Shown here: piece by piece, positions 49,881 through 62,760 of the stretch | Layout of the letters: every line of letters starts with the position of its first letter | Position numbering within the stretch: the first letter of the stretch is position 1 | Notes under the pieces: model-generated | The model's input: the letters and a program-made list of their open reading frames with translations, nothing else | What the model was told of the DNA's origin: nothing | Databases searched by the model: none | Translations under genes and position numbers: made by a program | Assembly: GCA_951406725.2 (NCBI GenBank) | Contig: OX597825.1 | Coordinates: forward strand, 6,634,001-6,698,000 | Direction: 5' to 3' | Length of the DNA: 64,000 nt | From: Octopus vulgaris | Taxonomy: Eukaryota

Positions 49881-52718
49881 TATTATTATTATTCCTATTA
49901 TCAGATCTCGCATGATTCTCCCCTGGTACCATTACCACTGCTACAACATGCTATACACTTCTCAAGGATGATGTATTGAGTTTTTACTTCACTCTACAGA
50001 TCTGACTCTTGTGACATCCCCCCCTCCTGCCAAAACAACAAAACAAAACAAGATAATGAGATAAACCAAACCATCTCGTTATTTCTATTAACAACATAAC
50101 GAATGTTCAACTGATCACAGTTGCAGAAGAGATGATAATTAACAAGCGTAAGAAACTGGTTTTTTCTTTTCTAGATTAAAATGTTTGCCAGAGCATGTAA
50201 AATGATAATTAAAATGTTGCACCTTCCAAAGGTAATTAATAAGTACTCAAGGAAGTATTTAAGAAATAAGCATCTTGTTGCGGAAAAGCTATTTGGTAAA
50301 ACAGCTCAACTAATCTTCATAGAAAATTGTTATTACAAAAGCAACTACAAACTCGGTTTTATATATTTTCACTAAATTTTTTTTGATTTAAATTCTACAA
50401 TTTATGAGAGCAACATCTATCCTTTCTTTTCAAAACAATGTGAATTCTGTTGTTCTTCTCCCATCTCTCTCTCTCTCTCTCCGACTTTCTCTTTCCATTT
50501 CTTACAACCTTTTCACTTTCTGAATAATTTTGTAACACTATTTTAACAGCAGTAAGTATATAAATTTCTCAAGTATAAAAGGGAGCGAGAGAGAAAAGAA
50601 AAGCAAAATTCATTTAGCATATAACAAACTGTATCATATGATCCAAATATAAGAGAATGCAGAACATAACCAACAGACAAGAGAGAAAGAAAACGTCATT
50701 TTATTTATCTCTCATGTTCTTTTTCTTGTTCTATATCATAATTGTAATTTCATTTGATTATATTTTGAATTAAAGGAAAACTCAGGGAAAGAAAACTAAA
50801 ACAGTATTACTTTGTGTATACAGACATGATTGCTGTAGACGTATATGGTGGGTTTGTGTGTGTTTATTTATGTATGTAAATGGATGTAGTTGCATAATAG
50901 TTACATAACCACTACACCGTTTGTTATTTTAATTATTAATTCATTATACCAAACGTTGGTGACGAGACAATATTGGGAGTGTAAGACTGTCACCCATCAG
51001 TGATCGGGCAAAATATTTTCTTTGCTTCTCTATTTGAAACTGCAAAATAAATATTATTCTAAGCAATTAATTCTGTGTAACGTATTTCTAATCCAATAAA
51101 TTTTAGGCTAATAATTCCCAGAAAGAACATATTGTTCAAACAAAATGTGATTCTTCTGTTGTTAGACCTGATGCTCTCTGTATGGCCGATAACCTAAAAA
51201 CTGACACAGAACAAAGCTAGGAGTGGTTTCATATGTGGAATTGTTTAAATTAACAATCAATTATATTTAAGCTTTCCTGTATACAAACTGACTATAACAT
51301 CTACACTACGAGATGATTTATGCTAGATATTGACTAAAATAAAAATGCAGACACAATGAGACCAAACCATAATTTTTCAATTGCTACACTCACATATTCT
51401 CCCACTGGGTTATTATACCACAATTGTCTTACGGTGAAATTTTGGAGTTATCAAACAGATTTTGAATAACAAGATGTCTAATAAAAATAATACCAGCAAA
51501 CTGAGCAGTGTCGGTCTAGAGACTTGTTCTAACAGTTACCCACCCCCCATCAGTTCAACATATTGCCTCTTACTGGTGAAGCCAAGTTAGATATAAGAAA
51601 ATTGAGCGTTAAGACTTCTTCATCCAATTAAATGAATCTTTATCTGATAATAAAACCAACGCTGTTGAATTCCTCTCTTTAACATTATTCAAATGAGAAA
51701 GTTCTGGAGGGGAGGAGAACATAAACTGAATTTCAGGACTTGAAAGGAATAGAAAATAGTTAATTGGATCAATGGAAAAAAATTCTTGGCATTTTTAAGG
51801 AATCATTTAAATAGAGACAATGTTGAAGTTTTCCGTTTTTCAGGGAATCTTCTAAATGAATTTCAACGACATCCAATTTCACAGCATTTCTATGTTATGA
51901 ATTATCGATATGTTTACACTTTATTATTTTTTAAAGGTCAACATCTCTATTTATTTATCTTAATATGTTGTCGCTTCATTAACTTTCTCTTTAATATGTC
52001 TGTTGCTTATTTTAACGTATTTCAGACTTAAGAGTTAATGTTCTGAATGGAATATTGGCAACACCATGGTAGAACTGTTTTCAATTTGGGCCTCTATAGT
52101 GGATTTCTACCCAGTTATTGAGGTGTTGGGTTTAATACTTCTCTATATCCTGACTTTTAGATTAGCAAAAATGTCTGATGCTCAATTTGTTCTCTAATTC
52201 CCATTTTCATTTATAAGCAGTTCTAAGATTATAAAAAGTAAAACTGTTTGAATATTCCTTTCAAATGTCTTAGAGGAACCTACAAATTATTGTATTTAGA
52301 AACATTTTTGAAAACCTTGATCAGACAAGGAGTCATTTTTCTTTTAATGTCAAACCTATTTCACCTGCTTATCTCATCATCATCCTCCTCCTCCTCATCA
52401 TCATTTAATATCCATTGCCCATGCTGGCATAGGTTGGATGGTTTGACCATGGCTGGTAAATTGAAGGGCTGCACCAGAGAGTGTAATGGGTGCTTTTGCA
52501 TGCCAACGGCATGGGTACCATTTAATCCATTAATTTACATCATTTCATTTTGCTGATAGACTTTCAAGGACTTCTTCACATCTAAAAGAGTGTCATGGAA
52601 GACAATATTATTTTTACCCTTCAGTACCAGACAAATACTGATTGAATAAATTTATAATCAAAGAAATTCCAGTTATGACCATCTTGTTTCTTTATCATTT
52701 TCTTTATATATATATATA

Positions 52719-52880
52719 TCATCATCATCATCATCATTTAATGTCCGTTTTCCATGCTAGCATGGGTTGGATGGTTCAACCGGGGTCTGGTAAGCCGTGG
52801 AGGCTGCACCAGGCTCTAGTCTGATTTGGCTGTGTTTCTACAGCTGGATGCCCTTCCTAACGCCAACCACTCCGTGAGTG
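52719..52880 (-). mobile_element. RTE-LINE 3' end (family B)
   Basis: Conserved end; a second diverged copy at 52375-52520. Confidence 0.88.
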
Positions 52881-52891
52881 TGTGTGTGTGT

Positions 52892-53132
52892 GTAGCCCCT
52901 ACACGCAATTTTTTTCTCTCCTTGTTTCTTTTCTGTGTATCTTTCTGTCGAAGAGCGTAGGCTCAAAACGTAAAAGACTTGTTTTATTTCTATTCCTGAG
53001 CGGCATACTAATACATTATTTGTTTGTACTCTACCTGCCTTCGTCTTTTGTTTATTTTCGTAAACCTGCCTTTGTCTTTTGTTTATTTTCGTAAACCTGC
53101 CTTCGTCTTTTGTTTATTTTCGTAAACCTTCC

Positions 53133-53134
<2 letters not shown>
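52892..53134 (+). mobile_element. Family P2 variant with 3 x 31-bp terminal repeat
   Basis: CTTT-CTGTCGA-A-GAGC gtag GCTC-AAAA-CG-TA-AAAG at 52941-52976; repeat units start 53034, 53065, 53096. Confidence 0.78.
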
Positions 53135-53171
<37 letters not shown>

Positions 53172-54889
53172 AATATAGGTAATAAAAACTACAATAAAAT
53201 ATCCAATGATTCTTCCCTTTTTGAAACGATAGTATGATATTTGGGTGAGGCTTGTCTGTAATTTTTAGCAGGTTGAGTGACTACCCTAGAAATTCTGTCA
53301 TTGAGAAACTGTATATGTCGAGTGTCTTGCAATTCTTCTGAATTTTCACAAGGAATGATACTAAAGTGAGGAACCACTGAGAACATTTATGAGGCAACAC
53401 TATAACTTTGTAAGGATTTCAAAGGAATTTAATAATTAGAAAAAACTGCAGAGGTTTTTTACAGTTACGGCTGTTGGTAGATTACAATAAGCAGTGTAGT
53501 GTGGACATTTTATTTACTTCTTTTAGTTGCAGATTTACATTTGTATTAAACTCTGGAACTTGTGGCAAAGAAGAAAAAGCAACAATAATTAATCCTTCAA
53601 AAATACATTAATACCTGCTTCTCTGAGTTTTTGGTAAAAAAACACAAAAGCTCTGATATTTGACGTATTAACTAATCCGATCTCCAAGGTTTACTCAAGG
53701 GGAAGAGTAAATAATAAAACCGTTATTCTGTGATTCTTAAAGTCAAAAAGAATGTTATTATTTTCAGTATCAATATATGAACTGAATGAAGTATTTCTTC
53801 AGCTGTTTTTATGGTTTTATTGTCTTTTTTTTTGTTTTTTTTTTTTACATCCAATTTTTCATGCTAAGATAACCAAAATGGATTTTCTTTGAAGAAATCT
53901 TTCACAACAGGAAGATTGTCCAACTGGTAACCAAACTAAAAACTCATTTGTCATTCAGATCCAATTTTCCATGGTGAGATGACCAAGAAGGAGTTTCTTT
54001 GATGAAATATTTTTTTTTTTTACAAGAGGAGGTCTGTTCTATTGACAGCTAAAAGTAGAAACTAATTTATCACTGAGACAGACTGAAACAAGGAAGGTTC
54101 TATCACTTGCTCAAAGACACAAGAGATGGCTGTAATAAGGATTGAATGTGGAACTTAGTCGTCAGTATCTCATCACTTTAACCATTATGCTGTTCTATAT
54201 TACACAAAATATTGGCTTCCCAGTATATATATTAAAAAAAATACTGAAAATATTGGAGTTTAAAGATCCTGTTAGACATTGCATTTCATGAATGAAACAG
54301 AATTAAATTTGTGGTTAAATATTTGTCATAATTACCCAGATCCAGGCTTTGAGTTCTTTGATTTATTCAAATTTCTATTGAGTTGAAAGGTAAGAAAAAT
54401 AGGAACAGTATCGATCCTTTCTTCTAAATTGAAGAATCCTTTTACTACTAAGTAGAAGAGACCAAATCAAAATGTCAGTCAACATCCAGATACTTTGAGG
54501 TTGATATATCAGAAGAAAATGGTTTCTTCAAGTTGGCAGCTAAAGATGTCAGTGAATGATGACTTAAACATGGATTTTTACTTTCTTTCTTCCCCCATCT
54601 TTCTTAAAAAAAACTTTTCAGTGTTGATGGATAAATCAACAAAAAGTTGATTTGTAGAAACAAATCAACTTTTTGTAAGTTACGCAGCTCACCCAATGTT
54701 TTTATTTTTCCCTGAACAAGGACAATAAAACAGGAGATGTCAGCGATATTTGAGCAGAGAAAAATGATGGACTGAATTCAATTTAGAAAAACATCAAGTA
54801 TGACATTCATATATTGCAGCTTCAATATTTATTTTCCATGCACAAGAAAGCTTTAACATTGACTTAGGAAACAGGTGTATGACTAACCT

Positions 54890-55287
54890 ATTTCTTTACT
54901 GCCCACAAGGGGCTACACACAGAGGGTACAAACAAGGACAGACGGACGGATCAAGTCGATTATATCGACCCCGAAAGGATGAAAAGCAAAGTCGACCTCG
55001 GCGGAATTTGAACTCAGAACGTAAAGATAGACGAAATACCTATTTCTTTACTACCCACATGGGGCTAAACACAGAGGGGACAAACAAGGACAGAGAAAGG
55101 GATCAAGTCGATTATATCGACCCCAGTGCGTAACTGGTCCTTAATTTATCGACTCCGAAAGGATTAAAGGCAAAATCGACCTCGGCGGAATTTGAACTCA
55201 GAACGTAATAGCAGACAAAATATGGCTATGCATTTCGTCCGGCTTGCTAACGTTTCTGCCAGCTTGCTGCCATCCCCAGCTCACCGC
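54890..55287 (-). mobile_element. Dimeric SINE family C with 11-bp TSD
   Basis: TSD atgactaacct at 54879-54889 and 55288-55298; two monomers joined at about 55040. Confidence 0.9.
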
Positions 55288-55614
55288 ATGACTAACCTTC
55301 AGACCAAAGACTAGGATATCCTTCAACTCACTGTTTTACAGAATTCCAGTTCTAATTAATTGGGACTCATTTGCATTAGTTAATTAAAAACACATACACA
55401 CACATACTGCCATCTATGTATCACATCTAATGTGACAGCATTGTTGAAAAGCAAATTTATTGTGATAATCATCCCAGGATAACATCTCTTATGGCTATGT
55501 TGTTTTTAGAAGTACAAATATATTGGAGGAAGATGGAAATCATCTCAGCAGGGGTCAGCAAGAATGCAAGATGTACTTCAGCCTTGTTGGGTCTTGTCAA
55601 TGGTGTGTACTCAC

Positions 55615-55704
55615 AACTAGTGACATGCTTGAATGAGATCTATCATCTCCAGTACATAGGAAAACAGTGAACAAACATTCACTGGTATTGCATACAACTG
55701 CTGG
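55615..55704 (-). other. Candidate exon (90 nt, phase 0/0)
   Basis: Acceptor cttttattcag, donor GTT|GTGAGT, PAVVCNTSECLFTVFLCTGDDRSHSSMSLV. Confidence 0.18.
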
Positions 55705-56551
55705 CTGAATAAAAGTCTATTATATGTGATAGAATCAGAATTAGAATAAAACAGCTATTTATGTATCATACACAATGTAAATACATAACTGAAGGGCAAA
55801 TTTACTGTGGTATTAGACCAGAGATGATATTTCCTATGGATGTACTGTATTGCAAAACAATAAACATATAGTGTTGTGACCCTTAGTTCAATCTGGTTTT
55901 GTTAAACATTGTACATCAATGCTTCTTTACCTTTGATCAGGATATTGTTTTGATTAATTAAAGTAGTCTTGCCTACCACATGAATTACCAACCATTATGG
56001 TAATGAGAAAAGCCAGACTTTTAATCTACTAACATTCTAATAACATTATCCTGTTATCTAATTAATATTAAAACTAGAGGGTTGTAGATTAGTGATTATA
56101 TCTGTAGCAGGGTTTACTATCACTCCCTGATAACTGTAATGGTTTTAATTCATATACAACAATAATATCATTGAGAAAGGCATGAAAGCCATGCAATCTT
56201 AATGCTTGGCTCTGATAAAAAGATTTCTGTCTCATGGGGAGAATCAATATTAAATACCTGAGATTAAACAAAAGTACCCAAGAAATAAATAGCTTGATCA
56301 GATAATAACTTATTATTTACATATATGAACTTCATAATCTCACAGACTGGGTCTTCTTGATTCCTCTACTTGAAATAAATATTTAGAAAAACAACTTTAG
56401 TAAAGATATATCTTAGTGTATCTCATAAGAAAAACATAGAGACATCTTCATTCTAACTAAAAAGCAACACTTATATTGTTAAAGGTAGAAATCATTGAAT
56501 TTAAATATTGTTTTAACCCTAGCTAATCATTATACTGATGAAAGTTAAACA

Positions 56552-56720
56552 GCAAGGAGTGGCTGTGTGATAAGTAGCTTGCTCAGGAAACACATGGTTT
56601 CGGGTTCATTCCCACTGCGTGGCACCTTGGGCAAGTGTCTTCAACTATAGCCTTAGGTCGACCAAAGCCTTGTGAGTGGATTTGGTAGATGGAAACTGAA
56701 GGAAGCCCATCGTATATATG

Positions 56721-56793
<73 letters not shown>

Positions 56794-57174
56794 TTGCGTC
56801 AGAAATTAATTAGCACTTCTCAAATTTCTACATTAAATAGGTTAAATCAATTAACCTATGAGCTGTTCAAAACGTCTTACGCGATGAGAAAACTTAGTAT
56901 GGTGTGATTTCGGTCCTTGCGAGGCGCTACCTATATCTATTAAACAAAGGAAGATTTGTCTGCATCCGCACTCCAAGTTGTTGTTGCACTGCTATGTCAA
57001 CATCATAAGGCTGTAGACTCTCAAACTGCTCTGCAAACAAAGTTACGTCATCGTTCTGCGCAACAGTGAACTCGCAACAAAGCAATAGTTCGAGATATGG
57101 CCACTAGGTGACAGCACATACCTTGAGTGAAGAGCAAATCAAGGGTGCTAATTAATTTCTGACGGTAGTGTATA

Positions 57175-57205
<31 letters not shown>

Positions 57206-57425
57206 GTTTGTGTGTCTGTGTTTGTCCCCCCACCATTGCTTGACAACTGATGGTGGTGTGTTTACATCCCCGTAACTTAGCAGTTCGGCAAAAAAGACCA
57301 ATAGAATAAGTACTAGGCTTACAAAGAATAAGTCCTGGGGTCGATTTACTCGACTAAAAGGCGGTGCTCCAGCATGGCCGCAGTCAAATGACTGAAACAA
57401 GTAAGGAGTAGAAGAGTAAAAAGAG
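56552..57425 (+). mobile_element. SINE family A interrupted by a MITE
   Basis: 5' half 56552-56713, 3' half about 57200-57425. Confidence 0.92.
56791..57170. mobile_element. Tc1/mariner-type MITE (380 bp)
   Basis: 26-bp TIRs cact(tg/ac)cgtcagaaattaattagcac (24/26 match), TA on both sides. Confidence 0.88.
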
Positions 57426-58263
57426 CAGTACAGCACTCAAGTGAACATTTTGTAGTTTTTAATTAAGTGCCTTCACATTCTAAGTTCAAATCTTGCATTC
57501 AGTACTATATTTTATCCTTCTACAATTGATAAAATATAGAGATTAAACCTCTCAAATGAATCCTTTCAACTGGCAGGGACCACCCACAAACTTGTGGAAT
57601 GGTGCTAAATATAATAAACCAATATCATCACTTTCCATAAATTCATTTCAATTATAAAGTAGATTTCTGACTGTATATTTTCGGGAGAATATTAATGGTG
57701 AATGTTTTCCACAATGTTAAAAGAATGCCAGCAATTTTCAAACTAGAATGATGTAGTAAGTAAAGTTTGCCGTCATTATGTCCTGACATAGATCCAAATA
57801 TAATATAATTGAAAAAAAGAGAATTGCATTGCATACCAAAGAATACTTTTCTTTATAAGAATAAAGCTTTCACGTAGAATTACATCCAGCTATTCAAAAT
57901 GAAATTCTTTGAAAGTAACTCCAGTTTAAAGAAGTCTGACATCAAGAGATTTCAAGAAAAATCATCAGAGACCGTTGTTCTGATTATAATTTATGTAACA
58001 CTGTATTTTGTCAAGAAAACTAATTTAAGAAAAAAAAAGAACCAACGAAAGCTTTGCAAAAGTTCAATAAGATATAATAAGATATTCATGGTTAGAGATA
58101 AGAGTACAGATTAGACATTTGGATCGGAGTTGGCTTAGAAAAAATTGGCTTAGGTACAGCTGCACATATTAATATGGTTTGGCAACTACTGCATTCATTA
58201 AAACTTCTAGGTAGAAGCCAGAGGCTGTGTGAAGTAGGATGTTATATCCTATTGATTGTCCAT

Positions 58264-58311
<48 letters not shown>

Positions 58312-58315
<4 letters not shown>

Positions 58316-58496
58316 TCTTTATTGCCCACAAGGGGCTAAACACAGAGGGGACAAACAAGGACAGACAAAGGGATTCAGTTGATTATATCTACTCCAGTGT
58401 GAAACTGGTACTTTATTTATCGACCCCGAAAGGATGAAAGGCAAAGTTGACCTCAGTGGAATTTGAACTCAGAACGTAACGCCGGGTGAAATGCTT
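58312..58496 (-). mobile_element. SINE family C, 5'-truncated
   Basis: Same subfamily tail as 54890-55287. Confidence 0.88.
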
Positions 58497-58806
58497 GGGA
58501 AGATCTTCATGAGGCGACGGATGAAGGTTGCAAATTGTCTCTTCCAACATCCCAAAAGTAGCGAAAGGTCCCACCCAAAAGCAACTTAGATGGAGATTGA
58601 AAAAAGTCTGCAATAATCCTATGTGAGGGAGAGAGCAGACAAAGAAGTCTGGGTTATGGTTTGTCAACATAAATATAATTTCAAATTAATAATAAAAGGG
58701 TAAAATTAATTAATTAAATTAATTAATTAATCAATCAACTAATTAATAATTTTACCAAGTAGATCAGTATGTTTAAATAACCTTTATAGGTAAAATTATA
58801 CAAATA

Positions 58807-59222
58807 TTCTATAATTATAAACATAATTATAATTAGGGGTCAGCTAATTGCTTCATACTGAATTTAGAAATAGGAGTTAAAAATTCCTTTTCTACTACTG
58901 TAAGAATCTCCCAGACAGTAACACACTTTTTTAGGTAGGCAAAGAGAAAAATAATGAGAACATCAACATGACTCCAATTAGCCACAGATGTGTTTTGAGA
59001 TTAAAGTGTTTAATTACTTACTTCTCTCTTCAGTGTAGCATTTCCAATTATAAAATTTGAAAGTGCTAGGGTTTTACTCTTTGCCTTCGTAAAAAAGTGT
59101 GTTACTGTCATGGAGATTCTTACAGTAGTATAAAAAGGAATTTTAAACTCCTATTTCTAAATTTGGTGTGTGTTGAAGCAATTAGCTGAACCCTAATTAT
59201 AATTATGTTTATAATTATAGAA
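58807..59222. repeat. Long inverted repeat (arms about 145-150 bp, spacer about 120 bp)
   Basis: 58807-58950 pairs with 59072-59222. Confidence 0.92.
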
Positions 59223-59223
59223 A

Positions 59224-59254
<31 letters not shown>

Positions 59255-59287
59255 GGGGTTTGTATGATTGTATGTAGAGGGATATAT

Positions 59288-59463
59288 ATTATTCAAAGGA
59301 ATTCCAACTCTGTCTGCTTTTTGTGTTTTATTCTTTATAATATTAATGTAGAATATAGAATATATAGTATAAATAGTATATATATAGTAAAATGAAATGA
59401 AGTATTGATTGTCTTATTGAATAGATGAAATATTGAATATCAAATATTAAGGGACTAGTATAC
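59288..59463. repeat. AT-rich dispersed repeat, copy 2
   Basis: Matches 1245-1420. Confidence 0.8.
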
Positions 59464-60183
59464 TTTCTTGCATTAAAGCAGTCTTCAAGGTCCCAGGTTG
59501 TGACAGGAGTATATATATATGTATTGATTAAGTCTTTCCTTGTTTGTTTTGCAAAATAGTGGTTTTGTCTCTAATAATATTATATGTATATATATATATA
59601 TATTGCACAAGTGCTCTCACACATACACAGAGATGTGTGTATGTGTGTGTACAATGTAAAGTAAATCTAAATATCTAATGCCTTGGAAGACACTAACAGC
59701 ACAAATTATTCGTTTGACTTATATTCTTACCTGATTAAATAACCATTCATCTCTATCTGGAGAGACGAAGATCACAGCTGTTTTGTGAAAAATGTACAAC
59801 AATATTGAATATAAATTTTCATTTTTTTTTTATCAAACATAAATTTAAATAAATAAAGCAAATAAACAAATAGATAATGAGAATTCTTCCAACAGAAGAA
59901 TTTATAAATCAGTCTGACAACTGATTTCAATTAAAACGAGTGAGCAGAAGGGATTTTGGTGTTAGTCAGTCACAGAATGTGTGAAAATAGAATCGCCTGA
60001 TAGCAAGAAGAAACAAATCAAAATCACATCCAAGTATACACATGCTCGCTCACACACACACACACACACACAAACACACACTGTATAGGATAAAAGTCAA
60101 ATAGCAAATCTAACCTGTAAAGTAATGCAGAAGACCATTGCATAAGTATGTGTGTATGTATGTTTGCTTGCATACACCACATT

Positions 60184-60582
60184 ATCATCATCATCGTCAT
60201 CCTTTAACGTCCATTTTCCAAGCTGGCATGGGTTAGATAATTTGACCAGAGATGGCAAGCTGGAGAGCTGCACCAAGTTCCTGTCTGATTTGGCTTGATC
60301 TCTATAGCCAGATGCCCTTCATAACGCCAACCCCTTTACAGTGTGCATTGGGTCCTTTTAATGTGGCACTGGCATAAGTGATTCTACATACACAAGTGCT
60401 TTTTACGTGGTACTAGCACAGGACCCTTGCAGGCCAATCTTCTTTATCGGAGTGAGTGGTCTTAACACTTCTGCTATGGAGGGCAGGTCTTCTCGAATAC
60501 AGCAAAGCAACAGATATCTCTGTCCTTTGTCATCTCCACTGAAAGGATCAATGCCCTGAGGTTGTCCTTTAGTACTTCCTCA
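60184..60582 (-). mobile_element. RTE-LINE 3' end including ORF C-terminus
   Basis: EEVLKDNLRALILSVEMTKDRDICCFAVFEKT upstream of the family B UTR; links family B to RTE LINEs. Confidence 0.8.
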
Positions 60583-61816
60583 GGACACATATGTTTGTAT
60601 AGAAATATGTGTCTGTGTCTCAATGATGTATATCAGCAAAAGATGCAACCAATAGCAAGAAAACCAATAAACTGGTGCATTGTAACAGAAATACCTTCCT
60701 TGTTATTTGTTGTCTTTCAATTATACACGTATTCTGTTGGTAGTGTTGCCCTTTTAACTGCAGGGAATGACTGATTGACCTGTAGGAACCCTTTAACTAC
60801 CATTGCCAGTGTTCCCTAAATGCTAGATGTTATGATGTACTTTAAGTAAAATGAAATCAAACATGAACAAAAGTGGGAGTTAAGCATTAAAGACATAACA
60901 CAGTAACCAAAGCAGAGAAGTAATATTCAGGATGTATTTGTCTCATACGAAATGGGGAGATGTATGAAGACCCACTGTATATAGGCTGGGGTTAAAATGA
61001 TAGTTAAAGGATCAAAGACAAAGCAGAATAAAAGAAGCCACATGTTTATTCTTATCTTTTACTTGCTTCAGTCATTAGACTGCGGCCATGCTGGGGCAAG
61101 TGAAGAGAAAAAAAAGCCAAAAACAAAAATAAAAAAAACAAAAACAAAAGCACACACACACACACACAGATCCAAAGAACTTTCCTTTCATTCTCTACCT
61201 TAGATGTCAATCAGTACAAATTCAGGATCATCAAAAAGTGATTTATAATAATGAAAAGAAAGAAAAAAAAATTTCATGCTTTTGACCTCATTTTAAAACT
61301 TGCCTTTGATATAAGTATGTGTGCTCAGGCTGGAATTGAACCTATAAATCCATTTTCCATGTATAGTTCCATATAGGTACCTCAATGTCATAGATAAGTA
61401 GTGTGTATACATGTATATATATATATATATATTCTGCGGGCTTTTAACATACTTATTCACTACATCCCTGATGAGCAGTATGCATTAAAATCAATTTATG
61501 TAATTTATAACCCATTCTCAGTGTTATCCCTTTTGGACTGAACTGGAAGTAAATTTTACTAATTAAATTTTTACCTCATGAAAACTAAAAGCAGAAGTGC
61601 ACTCATCACCACCTGAAAATCCAATTAGTAAACCTTTCACCAAGTTCGGCCTAAAGTGGTTGTCACTTTAGTAAATAAATTTAAATACCATATAATTTGA
61701 CATTTATTCATATTACTTGACAGATTCTTAGCAAATAAATGTGCTGAAAGCCTGCAGAAAATAAAAGCATTTGAATTCATGCTCAATCACAGATACATAT
61801 ATAGTTCTAGAAGTAG

Positions 61817-61862
61817 AGCACCTGAAGACGGTTGAATGACTTACCAATTGAAATGCAGTGCT
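61817..61862 (+). ncRNA. Decayed minimal hammerhead ribozyme motif
   Basis: AGCAC-CTGAAGA-c-GGTTG aatgacttac CAATT-GAAA-tg-ca-GTGCT; perfect stem I, U16.1 lost. Confidence 0.55.
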
Positions 61863-62316
61863 GTTAGATACATTAGACATGAGACAGTAAAACAAAACTA
61901 CTCGAGCAATAATTGACCACCATCACCAGCGGTATATGTAAATGTAAATTGATAAGATTAACTTTGGAAAAAATAATGATTAGTGATAAAGAATGAGGAG
62001 ATTAGTAAAGCAAGAATATATGGAAAATAAGGGAAAGGAAAGGAAAGAGGGGAGTTGTGTGAGGTTTATGTAACAAAAGGAAAGAGAATTTTAGACATGA
62101 GACAAGTTTTCCAAAGTGGAGAGAGAGAGAGAGAGGGGGAGAGAGAGGGAAAGAGAGATGAACTGTCACTGCAAAATGGTTGATTATGACAAAGCTGTCA
62201 AATTCTTTTACTTTGCAACATTTCTCAGATGTGGCTTCAATATGGAAGATATATATTCACATATCGAACGCAATGAACCCTAAATCATTTTTTTTCAATC
62301 GAAATTATACTAATAA

Positions 62317-62760
62317 TGGGTTCAGATTTTGGCACAAGGCCAGCAATTTCAAGGGAAGGCATCAGTTGATTACATTGACCCCCAGTGTACAACTGGTACT
62401 TATTTTATCGGCCTTGAAAGGATGAAAGGCAAAATTGACCTTGGTGGAATTTGAACTCAGCACATAAAGACAGACAAAATGTTGCAAAGCATTTTGCCCA
62501 ACATGCTAACAATTCTACCAGCTTGCTGTATTATAAAGTTACAGTAACAATGGTCTGAAATTTTGGCACAAGGCCAGCAGGGTCAAGGGAGGGGGTAATG
62601 TGATTACATCGATCTCAGTGCTCAACTGGTACTTATCTTATCAACCCAAAACGATGAAAGGCAAAGTTGACCTTGGCAGAATTTGAACACAAAATGTTAA
62701 GACATGAAATGCACCAAGCATTTTGCCTAGTGTGCTAATGGTTCTGCCAGCTCACCGCCT
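62317..62760 (-). mobile_element. Two tandem SINE family C copies
   Basis: 62317-62530 and 62548-62760, each followed by ttataaagttaca. Confidence 0.85.

Noticed and set aside
61477-61500. CTGATGAG as a hammerhead start
   Set aside because: No stem II closure or GAAA at a suitable distance
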